Below are positions 48,294 to 62,125 of a DNA stretch of 64,000 bases, one piece after another. The number at the start of each line of letters is the position of its first letter. The stretch's first letter is position 1. The stretch is from Hypanus sabinus (lineage: Eukaryota), in contig NC_082735.1 in the NCBI RefSeq assembly GCF_030144855.1, forward strand, positions 22,320,001 to 22,384,000. Reading direction: 5' to 3'. The notes below the pieces were generated by a model. That model was not told the DNA's origin. It worked only from the letters and a program-made list of their open reading frames with translations, and searched no databases. The translations under genes and the position numbers were made by a program.

Positions 48294-48861
48294 TATGTAC
48301 TTTGATAATAAATTTACTTTGGACTTTTAACATTTAGTGCGGTAATTGTGCTATTTGTTCACAATGGATTCACAAGGTTGTGCATTATATTTAATAAAAA
48401 CTCTATTATTTTGTCTTATATATGAAGATCTTAAGTCCTCCAACATAAGAGTCCAGTCAGTTAATTGGTTTTATATGAATTCTCAGTATGTCTGTCAATC
48501 CCATTCAATAACTTACTTCCCTGTAATATGTTTTCCCTCATACACCTATTGGGGGCAATTTACAGTTGAAGCTAACCCACTGGCACATCTTTGGAATAAG
48601 GGAAGAAGCTAGAGCATGCAAAGGAAATGTGGACAGTCACAAAAGAATATGCCAGCACCACAGAGTAGCACGCAAAGTCAGAACTGAATCCAGGCTGCTG
48701 GAGTTGTGTGGTAACAGTTGCATATGCTGCATCGTTGTGGTATGTTTTCTTTGCCAAACGGAAGTCCCTTATTGGTTAAAAATCTTTCAACACTGTGTTC
48801 AAAGCATTGTTACTTTGCATTTTTATGTTACCCATAGAAAAGGGCATGCCCAGATTAAGGA

Positions 48862-49138
48862 CGCCAAGCAGCATCTATGGAAAACAGTACAGTCAATGTT
48901 TCGGGTCGAGACCCTTCGGCAGGACTGGAGATAAAAAAGATGAAGGGTAGATTTAAAAGGTGGGGGAGGGGGAGAGTGAAATCTACTCCTCACCTTTTTT
49001 CTCCAGTCCTCCCTGAGGCTCTCAGCCCAAAATGTTGACTGTATTTTTTTCCATCGATGCTGCCTGGGCCTGCTGAGTTCCTCCAGCATCTTGTGTGTGT
49101 TGCTCAGATTCCCAGCATCTGCAGATTTTCTCTTGTTT
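48862..49138. mobile_element. Penelope-derived palindromic element
   Basis: GCAGCATCTATGGAAAACAGTACAGTC... is followed by its inverted copy ending CTGCAGATTTTCTCTTGTTT. Confidence 0.85.
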
Positions 49139-49624
49139 ATGTCCAGCTTAAGCTTCTTCCTATAACATAGGAAAATGTACTTCTTCTATGACTCTTCTGG
49201 CATAAACAATTCACAAGAACAATCCCTGGAATTATTATTAAATTTTTTTTGGTGCTTTCTGGTTATTCCACAAAAGAATCTATTGTGTTTAAATCTAAAA
49301 ACAAAACACAAAATGCTAGAGTCAAAAAAAGCAAGTCACTAGACACTAGCCAAGAAAAGACTTGCTTCACACTTCGGGCGTATAACCTATCTTCAGCTCA
49401 CCCGCTCAGCGTTAGTTCAGCGCTGTTTTTGTCCTCAGTATCAGCACAATGTTGTATCAAGGCACCAGTGTTTTTAGAAAAGAAATTGCTGCATCAAGAA
49501 CAGCAGACATCAAAGCATTCACTCTTCGTTTTAATGGGTAAATGTGTTTCTCAGGATAACATCCAATAGTCCCTGATCCTCAAGTAACTGTCCAAAAATG
49601 CCATCTCCATTATACTTTTAGAAC

Positions 49625-49775
49625 TAGTATAATTTTATAATTATACTTATTCTATATATTGTACTATGTATATAGTATAATATATAGAATATATAGTATA
49701 TATTATGTATAATATATATTATGTATAATATATATATACTATATATTATACTATATTTTTATAATTTAAAAATGA
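49625..49775. repeat. (TA)-rich low-complexity tract
   Basis: Almost entirely A/T, with degenerate TATA repeats. Confidence 0.9.
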
Positions 49776-51424
49776 TTAAAACAATTCTTGCTCATCAGTA
49801 TTGAAGTTTTTATTTATAAAGGCGTTCTTCACAGTTATGAGTGCATGGTCAGACTGTTTCAAGGCACTGCTGCTGACACAGATATTTCCTGATGGGAGTG
49901 ATGCAGGCGGTGTTTGGCCAGATGGGGAAGAAGTGCTAATGTCTACTCTCCATGGTAAACACCTCACACAGTGGTTTCCTTGTAGTCTCTTTCTCACAGT
50001 ATCCATGCCTGCTTGTTCTATGTGGGAGCCTAATCATGAACGAACACCCCCCCCATTACAAAAACATGGTTAGCAGACCTATTTACATTTTCAATGCTTG
50101 GGAATAAGTGTTGCCTAGTGATGCCTCAATCTATTATAAATAGCTAATAATAAGAAGCAAGCCCAAGTCTCAGTTTATGGATTGGAAACAGTGATTGGAT
50201 TATTTTCCTGTTTATATTTAATACAATTTTCCTTCATTTCCAGAACACACAGAGACAAAATATTTGGGAGTGAGGGTAATACAAATATTATTCTGCGATT
50301 TTTCTGACCCTACACTTACAGCAAAAGCTATTTTCGCAGCGAGTCATAGAACACTACAGCACAGAAAATGGGCCTTTTATCTCCTAGTACTTTTCACACT
50401 TAACACCTGCAGTTCTAGTCCCACCCAACCCAAAGGGAAAAAGTGTGCAAGCATTCACACTATACCCACTCATAATTATTGTATACATCTATAAGTTTGC
50501 CCCTCATTCTCCCGTGTCCTATTCAACCTATCCCTGTGACTCAGATCCTCAAGTCCCAGCAGAATCCATGTAATGTTCTCTGCCCTCTTTCAAGCTTATT
50601 GCTATCCTTCATGTAGGCAGGTGATCAAATCTGCACACAATACTCTAAATTTTCTAAAACTGCACACAACGATTTCACCAACATCTTACACAACTTCAAC
50701 ATAATATTTCAACTCCTGCACTCAATATTCTGAATTATGAAGGCCAACATGCCATAAGCTCACTTTAGGAATTTATCTACCTGTGATGCCACTTTCCCAG
50801 ACTTATGGATCTGTATTTCAAAATCCCTTCATTCAACCACACACATAAGATTCACTGTGTAAGTCCTACCCTGGTTTGCCCTCCCAAAGTGAATATTCTC
50901 CCTTCTGCCCCCTCCATTGGGCAGAAGATACAAGAGCCTGGAAGTGTGTGTTGCCAGACTTAAGGACAGCTTCTATCCCATCATTAATGGATCACTTATA
51001 AGATGGACTCTTAAATCTACATCATAAAGGCTTTGCATCCCCTTGTCTACCTGCACTGCACTTGCTCTGTAATTTTAACTGTAGCTCTATTCTGCGTTCT
51101 GTTATTGTTTTTCCCTTGCATCACCCCAGTGAATTAATCAGTATGGACAGCATACAAAAGAGTTTTTCACTGTGTATACCTGTGTGTACCTCTGTACACG
51201 TAACAATAGTAAACCAATGGCCAATAACGTGCAAGAAGTAGAGGTTCTATCAACATTATTTGAGATACCTTGCAGATTCAGTTCTCATCATGAGCCTTCC
51301 ATTGTACTGTGGCAATGGTACCAGGAAGGGGTTTTTCATGATTCTCTCAGCCCCAAAGGGAGCAATGAAGAAGGGACTGCAACAGTTCAGTTGATAATTT
51401 GAAACCTTTACTCATTTGCTGTCC

Positions 51425-52432
51425 GAACAAGATCTTTCCTTGGAATTTGTGGGAGGCTGGTGCAGAAATTGAAGGGGCTCTGGCAGAGATATTTAAAATG
51501 TCCTTAGTGATGGGTGAGGTGCTTGAGGAATGGAGGATGACTAATGTTACTTTGTCATTTAAAAAAGGCTCTAAGAATAAGCCAGGAATTTCTAGGCCAG
51601 TGAGCGGACGTTGGCTGTGGGTAAATTATTGGAAGGTATCATCTTTATTAATGATTTAGATGACAATGTGATGAAGTGGACCAACAAATTTGCAGATTGG
51701 TGGGGTAGTGGATAGTGAGGAAGGCTGTCAAAGCTCACAAGGTGATCAGGACCAGCTAGGAAAATTGGCTGTAAAATGACTGATAAAATTTGATGCAGGC
51801 AATGTAAGGTTTTGCACAATGGTCTTCATAAGTCAGATTACTGAGTAGCGGAGTTGAGAGAATATATTGAAGCTGTATAAAGCATTTATGAAGCAACATT
51901 TGGAGTATTGTGTGCAGATCTGGTCACCTCCCTACAGGAAAGATATCAATAAGACTGAATGAGTACAGGCAACAATTACAAGGATATTGCCAGGGCCTGA
52001 CTGAAAGGGAAAGGTTGAATAAGTTAGGATTTTATTTTGCTGGAGTGCAGGTTAATGAGGGGAGATTTGATAGAGTCTACAAAATTCTGGGGGGTATGGA
52101 CAGAGAAAATGCAAGGAAAAAATTCCACTGAAGTCGCATGAGGCTAGAACTAGAAGTCATAGGTTAAGGGTGAAAGGTGACATATTTAAGGGGACCATGA
52201 GGGGGAACGTCTTCACTCAGAGGGTGGTGTGATTGTGGAATGAGCTTCCAGAGGAAATGCTAGATGCAAGTTTGATTGCAACATCTAAAAGAAATTTGGT
52301 TAAGTACATGGATGGGAGTGGTATGGAGGTCTCTGATCCAGGTGTGAGTTGATGGGACTAGGCAGAATCAGTTCGGCACAGACTAGATGGGCTGAAGGGC
52401 CAGCCTATGTGCAGTAGTGCTCCATGACTCTA
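51425..52432 (+). mobile_element. CR1 LINE fragments (RT to 3' end, internally deleted)
   Basis: LAEIFKMSLVMGEVLEEWRMTNV...KFAD...RLNKLG...GDLIE...FTQRVV..WNELP. Confidence 0.88.
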
Positions 52433-54823
52433 AGATTGTAATATCATATAGTTAACAGCTAAAAGAACCATGCTGAGGGTAGTGGTAGCCAGTCAAGACA
52501 GACTGGACATAACAGAATGCCACTGACCATTACTGAAGGTACCTGACCATGTTCGTGTGGGGCTGGGTTGCTATTGTGGATTCTGCAAGAATGTGAAATC
52601 TGCAACACATAGCACAAATATCATTCGTTCAATACAATTTAATTTTTTTTTAGTGTAATAGGATATTTATGGACCAGATGCCTGCTTGGTTCCTGACTAG
52701 AGAGATTCTATGCATAGTTTCCAATTACTTCTCAAATAATTCCAGGGAATTGGCTTCCACCATTTTTTTTTCTCTGTCAGCCCATTCCAGAGCTGATCTC
52801 TTGGGATGTGGAAAGCTTTTCTGCTATCAATATTAACTGGATATTTTACTTGTACAAGCCTGTGTGACTTTAATATACCCTATTAAATTTTAAACTGTTT
52901 TTGGAATTAAATTTAATGATCTCATATATCTTTATAAGGTGGCCTCGTAGCTGCCTCCATTGCAGAATGAAGAAGCCCAGCATTCTCCAGTCTTTCCTGA
53001 TAAGTAATCTCCTTCATGGTTTTATTGTACCGCCTCTAGTGCTTGAATATATCCCTTGTTTCTCAGGGACCCATAAATAGGTTCAGTGATTGAGGTATGG
53101 TCAAATCACAGCAAAGAATATTTTAAGCTCAGCTTCTTTTGACTTGTACCTTTGTATTACTGATACTACACAATCCAGGAAGGGTTATCAGCACAGTTGG
53201 TCAAAATGTCAACTGCAGATGCACAGATCATTTGCTAATGAGTGAGGCACTGGTTAATGGAGGCTGACTCGGAATAAAATGGCTCCAAATCAATGCTAAG
53301 AACTAGCTAGCAACTGATGTGTAACGGTTGCCTGGCAGCATAATGTAATTTACCTTAGGGGCCATGTACCACCTAAAATATACAAACTAAAAAAGCTTTC
53401 CTTGGCAGCTTCCTTAATGAATATTATCTTCTGCTGTATCTGGTTATGGGCAGTACACAGAGAAACTGGGCATGATGTCGGCAGGAATGTCCTATGACAA
53501 GTGTTTTCAAACAGCAGCCCTCTTCCATACACACGAGTGTATTTACACGTCATGACCCATCAAATAATATGAAGCAGTGCTTTATCTCTCAGTGTTAGAC
53601 TCCATTTCTTGAATCCATACATATTTCATGCATCATTTATAAAAGCCTGTGTACAAATCTCAGTGGTCATTTAGGTATAACCTGAGGGTCAAGCAGAGAA
53701 ATCACTTCTAATCTCTTGTAAAACAGACATCACTCTGTTTCTGCCATTTCAGCATTGGGATTGGGGAAGTTAAACTATGGTCTCTCATCATTCATTTCCA
53801 GCACTTACAAAGGTCAAAACTCAGTTGCTTTTATCAAGAATGGCAGGAACACCAAACGGCCAAAACAAAAGCGCACTAGCAAACAAAACTGACATATTTA
53901 GAGTGTTAAAAAACAATGCACATGTACAATACGCTATTTTACTCATAGTTATGTTTCCAGCGAACAGATTTCAAAGTAAATTGATTATCAACGTACATAT
54001 ATCTCACCATATAAAACTTTGAGATTAATTTTTTGTGGGCATGCACAATACTAGGGGTGAGACTATAACAATGGGCAAGGATAGAGAATATAGAATTTCT
54101 CTGTTCCCTTTCATAGATGGATCTAGAACCCGTGGACATGGAATCAAAGTGATTAACAAAGTGCAAAGTCCAAAATTAATATATTATCAAAGTGTATTTA
54201 TGTCACCGTATACAGCTCTGAGGTTTATTTTTTGGTGGGTATCCATAATAGAGTAATAACCATAATAGAATCAATGAAGGACTGCACCAACTTGGCCACT
54301 CGACCAGTGTGCAAAAGACAACAAATTGCAAATACAAAACAAAAAGAAGCAATAGTCCATTGGTTGTGGGAACATTTCAGTGATGGGGAAAGTGAAGTTG
54401 ACTGAAGTTATCCCCTTTGGTTCAGGAGCCTGCTGGTTGAGAAGTAATAGTTACTCCTGAACATGGTGTTGTGAGTTCTGAGGCTCCTGAACCTCCTTCA
54501 TGATGGCAGCAGCAAGAAAACAGATGACCTCGGTGGTGTGGGTCCTTGAGGGTAGATTCCACTTTCCTGCATCAATGCTCCATGTAGATGCGCTCAGAGC
54601 TGGGGAGGGCTTTACCTGTGATGGACCGAGCTGCATCCACTACTTTTTGTAGGATTTTCCATTCAAACGCTTTGGTGTTTCCATACCAGGCTGTGATGCA
54701 GCCTGCCAATGTATTCTCCACCACACATCTGTAGAGGTTTGTCAACGTTTTACAAACGTAGATGTCATGCCGAATTTTCGGAAACTCCTAAGTAAGTAGA
54801 GGTGCTGCTATGCTTTCTTCATA

Positions 54824-55552
54824 TGTAGGGCTCCCACTACCAGTAACTGTGGTGTTAACTGTTCAGGCTAACAAACTGGCTTCTCTGTATTGTTATAATG
54901 AACAATGCAGAGATTATTCTCTGTATTGGTCCTGAAAAACATTGTCTCGTGCTTACTGTGTACTGTACCAGCAGTTATGGTCGAAATGACAATAAAAGTG
55001 ACTTGACTTGAGGTGGCTTCTCTGTAATGTTATTTAATGCTGTAATGGGTTTCTGTGTCTGGAATGTTTGGGTTATGACTGCAGATAAGGACGGAACTAA
55101 CCAATGGAGAATTGTTATGCTATCTTGTATGTGTAAGCTGAGCGGGAGTTCGCAATCTTTTTCGGGAGGCGAGTGAGGAGGAAGGACGTGTGAGGAGCAG
55201 ACAGCGGTTCCAGGGCAGCGGATACTGGATGTCGATGGTTTGGACAGTGGCCGAAGGCTCGGGAGGTCGGAGGTGTGAACTCCAGTTCTATTAAAATATT
55301 ATGGGCACAAACTGATAAACTTACTGATTTGGCGCCCTTAGGTTATCTGTTTCTTTTAATCCATCACTAAGAAATAACTATAAAGTCGCAATTACTTACT
55401 CGCCTTTGGCGTATTGTCTGATATTTGTGTTGCAAACATGTATTGGGGGGGGGGGCATTACACCGTATTTACACCGAAGTATTGCACTATTGGTGGGGTG
55501 ACAGCGGTTCACCCTAGGCAAATGGGGGTAAATTGGGGGTATGGATGCTACA
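54824..55552. mobile_element. Solo LTR related to 21147-21842, inserted in a Rex1-like LINE and carrying a nested LINE tail
   Basis: TGTAG...CTACA ends and a 4-bp TSD CATA. It shares the blocks TGTTTGGGTTAT, AACCAAT, TGTAAGCT, GCACAAACTG and TGGCGTA(C/T)TGTCTG with the 21147 LTR. Confidence 0.86.
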
Positions 55553-56102
55553 CATAAATTGCACTTACACACTGGTCCCGGGACAGGTCCTCCAAAATGA
55601 TATACCAGGGAATTTAAAGTTGCTGATCTTCTCCATCACTGATCCTCTGTTAACGACGGGCTCATGGACCTCTGGTTTCCTCCTGAAGTTAATAACCAGC
55701 TCCTTGGTCTTGCTGACATTGAGTAAGGGGTCATTGTTATGGCACCACTCAGTCAGAATTTCAGTCTCCCTCCTGTATGCTGGTTCATCACCACCTTTGA
55801 TTCAGCCTGTCACAGTGGTGTCATCAGCAAACTCGAATATGGCTTTGGAGTTCTGCTTAGCCACGCGGTCATCAGTGCAAAGCGAGTAAAGCACAAAGCC
55901 TTGCGGTGCACCTGTGTTGTGGATGAGATGTTGTTGCCAGTACAAACTGACTGGGGAAATCAAGGATCCTATTGCACAAGGAGGTTTGGAGGCTAAAGTC
56001 TTGAAGCTTATTGATCAGTTTCGAGAGGGTGATAGAATTGAATACTGAGCTGTACTCAATAAAGAGTATTCTGATGTACTCATCTTTGCAGTCAGAAGAG
56101 CC

Positions 56103-56992
56103 TGTTACGAACGTGAAGCAACTCTGAGGGGCCGAAGGATACAAAGTCGCCCCCTCCTTTTTGAGAATCGCAAGATCGCTATTAATTTGGGTCTGGGACC
56201 CAGGAAATGAGAGAGAGACACTCAGAATACACAAGGTTTGGAATGTGTCCTGACCTCAGTGGAACGGAACCACTGATAACGGCCATTGTCTCTTGGAGAC
56301 GGAATTGTGTATTGAGTACTGTACTATTCATTATAACCCCTCAGGGGACAACCAGACTGGTCTGGTTGAGGGATTGCATCATCCCAACCTGATTGACATC
56401 TGAGACCCCGTGAGTGGGGATAAAAGAGGGGTCTGGTGAACAACCCCTTTAGACGCACCAGGAGAAACGCTAGAAATCCCGTGACAGCGTTTGATAGCGA
56501 AAGCCGGTGGGGGCTCGTGTGTGTCCTCCCTTGCCTGGGGTGGCGGGCTCACCATGGAAGAACGGTTTAGCTAAAGGAGAGGCCACACTTGACCGGCCAC
56601 AAGAACAAGACATCTGACGGATCGAAATCATAAATGAAGGTTGGAAAAACCTGTAGCAGTAACTGTTCCCATTCCATCCTATCTCCCTCTCTCTCTCCAA
56701 CAATTGCAACACAGCGGTCCCCAATGGCTGCAGCCTGCATAAACTGAGTGAACTTTATATTTCTATCAGACAATACATTATCCCCTAGACAACAATAGAG
56801 CTTATTTCTTATTGATTATTATTATACCCGCACTTTTAGATTTAGTATTGATGATGTATATTATCTGTATATTTGCATTGATATTATTTTTGTGTATTTT
56901 TACCAATAAATACTGTTAGAAATAGTATCATCAGACTTCAACGGACCTCTCTATCTTTGCTGGTAAGGGACCCAGTTACGGGGTTCGTAACA
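56103..56992 (+). mobile_element. Solo LTR (890 bp) inserted in a Rex1-like LINE
   Basis: 10-bp terminal inverted repeat TGTTACGAAC...GTTCGTAACA and a 4-bp TSD AGCC. TATA-like GATAAAAG at ~56420 and AATAAA at ~56905. Confidence 0.9.
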
Positions 56993-58009
56993 AGCCAATG
57001 AGATGGCACCTGCTGTGGACCTGTTTAACAGGTAGACCAATTGGAGCAGATGTAAGGCAGGAATTGAAATGCTTCATCACCATCCTCTCAAAACACTTCA
57101 CCGCTGTGGATTTAAGTGCTACAGGATGATAGCCATTGAGGGAGGTTACTATGTACTTCTTAGGCGTTGGCATAGGTAAAGCCCGCTTGAAGCAGTTGGG
57201 TACCTCAGGCTGCCAAAGCAAGAGTTGAAAGATCTCAGTGAACACTACAGCCAGTTATTCTGCACAGGTCTTTAGTACCTGGGCATGTAACCTGTCTGGA
57301 TCAGCTGCTTCTCATGGCTCCACCCTCCCGAGGACCACCTGCATGACAACCTCAGAGACTGAGATCATAGGATCATCAGGGGCTGTGGGAGTTTGTGAAG
57401 GTTCCTCTATCTTTTGATAGTCAAAATGAAAATAAAGGCATTGAACTTCCCTGGAAGCAAATCCCTGTTGTCACCTATGGTTTTACTTTAGAAGAGGTGA
57501 TAGTATTCAAGCTGTCAAGTATCCTTCATTGCTTCAAGTTTAGTCTTCCAAAGTTAAATGACTACAACTATTAGCAAACTTGGTCTGGATCTATGAGAAT
57601 GCTTTGAATGGATGTGCATAAGTATACTATAAAGTAAACAATATGCTAAAATACCTGATTATTCTCTTTGAATTTTAATGACTTTAGTGATGTACAGTAG
57701 TTGGAAAAGGTGTCAACATCCATCAAAACAGATGCAGGTTATTCTGAAAGCCTTAATTGAAGGTTCAGACTGTCACTTGAGTGTGACGGATGACACACAA
57801 TTAATCAGTCTACCATTAACTTTTCCCAGTTCAGGACTAATCTATTGTATAAAGTCATTCTCTTCTTCTATTCAAATTTCAATGTTGTTGTTCTTAAGGA
57901 AAAAGTCAATTGGTAGAAATTCATCCATATTCATTTGAGCAAAATGTGCTTATGTAATAAGTGAGTGTGTTTGTGTACTCTGATGTTGCTGAATATTGGA
58001 GCAAGTAAT

Positions 58010-58335
58010 ATATCATCATAATTAAATATGTATTGTATGTATAAATTTATTTCCTAGGCAATAATAATATATTGTAAAATATTACAATATAGTATTATAA
58101 TATAATATACACTATAATCTAATATATTATTATAATATAATTATAATAAAATAATCCAGTGATTAAATAATCAATTATTAATCATTTAATAATAAATAAA
58201 CATGCAACAATTATTCAGTAATGTATTTAGTTATGGAATAAATAATTATATTTACTCCTTACAAGTTTAAATATAATTTCTTTATGAATAGTGTAGGTCA
58301 CCTTTTACATTAATATTTCTATTTAATTATATAAA
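58010..58335. repeat. AT-rich (AAT/TAT) low-complexity tract
   Basis: Degenerate AAT/TAT repeats. Confidence 0.85.
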
Positions 58336-61052
58336 ACAGCTCTGATCTTGATCCAAGGAAGAGCTTTGATCATAATTGGTGTGAAACTTGTAATCCCTTT
58401 GAGATTTTTGATAATGACCTCTTTGGATACTTCAGGTACAATTTGTAGAATTCTCAAACAGAAACTAAGGCAAAAGAACCCAAGTTTAAGAACTGCTGAA
58501 GTTCAAATTGTCAATTAGTTAGAATAAAAATAACTTAGTATTCAGCAAGTGTGGATAAATCTTTACTTTTATTAGAATGCATGAGTCAGAGCTGGTCACC
58601 TTAAAAATAATTCTGTGTCCTTGTTTAAATGTAAAGAGAAATTACTGCAATCAAGTATAACCACACTCCCAATGTAAAGTGATTTAAATTTATAAAATGG
58701 ATTACTCTTTTTTAAATTGCACCACTATTTCTGCTGAATGTTCTGTGGACTGTATCCTGGAACCATTTCACATTGTAGCTTGTGAAAGAAAATCTGACTT
58801 TTCTAATTGGATGCTTTCAATGTGTGTAGAAATCCAATTATCTGATCGGTTCTTTTGATTGTAAAGTGCAAGTTCTGAACTGCAGAAAGGTGTTGGAGGA
58901 TGTGGAACTTCTATTAGCAGTGAAGTCCAAGAATTTGACTTTCTGTTAATAATGAATATTGTCTTGTAAATCTACCCTGTGATGAGCTCTTTCATTCTAT
59001 GAAAGAATATCTGTCGGTGCATTGAATTATTCTCTTTTTTCATATATTATATATGTTATTAATAACATATATTTATAGTAATAAAGATGGTCTTGATGAA
59101 AGGTTGAGTAATATTACCAATCTGTTTCAAATTTAGGGATTGATTCTATTCAAAAAGAGAGGGCTCATCTTTATGTACCATGATTCCATTGCAAGTATCT
59201 GGCAAATTACAAAAAATATATGAAGTTTTGATGATATCAAAAGTGGAACAATGCTTCCATGTTGCTTACAAGGCTTCGTTTTAAATTCTAGATTTGTACC
59301 TCTGTCCACATAAGGACTAGCAATCATTATTAGAGAGTATGAGATGTCATTTAGATTTATTGTTCTGACTGCATCTGTTTGACCTGAAGAAAGAGTAGCG
59401 GTTGTGAACAACAGGCAAATGTGTCGCTGAGCTCCAAAATGAAAATATAAAAAATAAACATTTTTCTGGAGAAATTAATGAATTATCTTAAAGTTACACT
59501 TTTTAGAAAAACACATGCATTTTTTGAGGAGAATTCAAAACAGAATATATTGTATTGACTAATTATCACACCTTATCTGAGTTTAACTTGATTTAATGGA
59601 GTTAAACATCAAGGGTTGTTTATAATCAAAGTGGGAGATAAACAGCTGCAGGTGCTAGAAAACTGAAATAAAAACAAAAATGTTGGAGACATTCTTCAGG
59701 CCGGGCAGCAGCTGTGGAACAAGAAACAAGATTAATGATTAAAGGTGAAAGAGCTGCCTAATGAACTGGTAAATGAAAAAACAAATTAGCCATAAACCAG
59801 AGGAAAGCTGTGGGAGAGATAGATAAGCAAATAGAAATAATATTGGACCAGTGTTGCTCAGTTGATTCAATTGTTTACGGAGCATTTGATTAATAGATGA
59901 GAGGGTAGTTACAGAAAGGAAGTAAAAAAGGAAAAGGGCATACCGATGCTCTGTAATGTTGATAAGAGCCATTACTACAGGAAATGCCCAGCTGTTAAGG
60001 CAGCATCTTTAGAGAGAGACCCTGAGCTAATATCATAGATGGATGATCTAACAGCAAAACTGGCCAGTTGTGATGAACTTTGAGAATAAGTTATCTGAAA
60101 TGGTTGAATTTGATCTTGATCCCTGATAAATGCCCGGATAGTGTCATATACAGTGTGGAAACAGGATCTTCAACCCACCTGTTCCATGCAATCCCAGTTG
60201 CTTCATGCAAGTTAGTCCCATTTGCCAGCATTTGGCCCATAATATTCTAAACCTTTCTAATCCATGCACCAATCCAACCATCCTTTAGAAGTTGTTATTG
60301 TACCTGTCTCACCCAAACTTCCTCTGGCAGCTCATTCCCCATAGATGGCAGACCCTGAGTGAAATAGGTTCCTTTCAAATTCTTATTAAATCTTTCTCCT
60401 CTCATCTTATCCTATGCCCTCTGGTTATTGAGTCTGCAAACCTGGGAAAGGTACCAAGTGTATTCATTCTCTCTATGCTCCTCATGAAGTCATACACCTC
60501 TGGAGGATCCCATCTCAGTCTCCTGTGCTCCAAGGAGTACGAGCCCAGATGGATGTAGTTTTGATGTTCCTGCCATCAGATAGGACAGAGAGGGTGTGGT
60601 TGAAGTGACAGGTGACTGGAAGACCCTGTGGATGAAACAGAATTATTCCAGAAAGTAGTCATCCTATCTGCATTTGGATTCATCCACATGGATGAGGAAA
60701 TCTTTCCATCACGTTGGAAGATGTACAAATGGGTGCTGGCTTCACCTGGAAAAGCCATTTCGATCCCTGGATGGTGATGGTGTGGCGGGTGGGGGTGGTT
60801 AGAGCTCCAGTGGTTGCAAAGCAAGATGCCATGAGAAAGGGGTGCAGTTAGTGAAGATGGGAGTTGCAAAGGAAACAGTCACTTTGGAAAGCTGAAAGCA
60901 ACGGGATGGCTAAATGCATCTGGCGTTGGCAGAAATTGTGGAGGATCACTGAAGATGGAGGCTGCTAAAGTAGAACGTGAGATCCAAGGGAACTTTACAC
61001 TTGCTCTGTTCAGGAGAAAGGGGGTGAAAGTATAGAGAAGGACAAAAAAGGT

Positions 61053-61313
61053 TTTTCTTTTAGCGTGTTGCACCAGACGCCAGCCATTCTTGTCTGGCAC
61101 GTGGTGTCAGGATTGGTCTCCTTTCGGATTAACCGGGTCACGATATGAACGTTCCTGACTCGACCTGTTTTTTTAATATGAGGCCGAGTTGCTAGCGTGA
61201 CGCTCAGCCCAGCATGGATGGAAAGCATGCTCGGGAGTGGCCCGACTTGGATTCAAACCTGGGAGCCTTCACTCCGCAGACCGGCGCTGATGTCATTGTG
61301 CCACCAGCCGGCC
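61053..61313 (-). mobile_element. tRNA-derived SINE with a 12-bp TSD
   Basis: The minus strand shows TGGCACAATG (A box) and GGTTTGAATCC (B box). TSD GACAAAAAAGGT / GACAAAATAGGT. Confidence 0.85.
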
Positions 61314-61754
61314 GACAAAATAGGTGAGTGGGCTCTTTAATTATGTTGAGGGTGAGCAACAATTATAGATAAAAGAACACATCTCAGAGATATCTCTTTG
61401 GGAAGTTATTCCTTAAGGGTGGGAGGAATTGTTGTATTGTGGGATTCTCCGGACTTGTTCTGTTATCTCTCCTGTGGAGGAATTCGGAGAAAGGGAAAAG
61501 CTGGAGATAAGTCATATGCAAAATGGGAGCAGGATGGAAATCTGTAGGTAAAGCAATAGGATCTTCAGGTCTGTGCATAAAGAACAACACCAAAACAGGC
61601 ATCAGTGTACTGGAAAATGAGCTGAGGGAAGGAGTCTGCGTTGGACTAAAGGGACTGATCCAAGTATTCCACAGAGCGATGGGCATAGCTTCAAAGTTCA
61701 AAGTAAATTTAGAATCAAAGTACATATATGTTAGCATATACTACCTTAAGTTCA

Positions 61755-62125
61755 GGTAGACAGAGCTCGTCAGCCTGGGAAGGCAGTCCATCTAAGAGAG
61801 GGAAAACTCTGATTTCAAACCTCCGCTGCCTTGTGGCCATACCCAGTCATGGGAAAGGCTTCGGGAGTAAACCCTGAGGACAAATCTGGAGCTGGAGTCC
61901 CTAAGGCAGTCCGACGTTGCCTTCAACCTTGCTCTGGCAACTCCTGCGACGACACTGGTGCCAAGCTGTATCGGCCCTTGCCCTTCCCTTGGACAACATT
62001 AGTGGCATGTGGGCAACCGTCGGTCTTCCATACAACCTTGCCAAGGCCTACGCCCTGGAGTGGACTCTCCTGAGCCAAGACTTTCTGGGTGTAGATCCAT
62101 GGACTCGCGAGACTAAAGGATGCTG
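61755..62125 (+). mobile_element. Probable RTE-derived non-autonomous element
   Basis: GC-rich block with GGCAGTCCATCTAAGAGAGGGAAAACTCTGATTTCAAACC, inserted within a Rex1-type tail. Confidence 0.5.

Larger units (their letters stand above)
54165..57480 (-). mobile_element. Long decayed Rex1/Babar-type LINE hosting two solo LTRs
   Basis: Minus-strand RT remnants YHPVALKSTAVKCFERMV and IRILFIEYSSVFNSI...LINKL, plus FEFADDTTV at ~55820. Confidence 0.85.
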
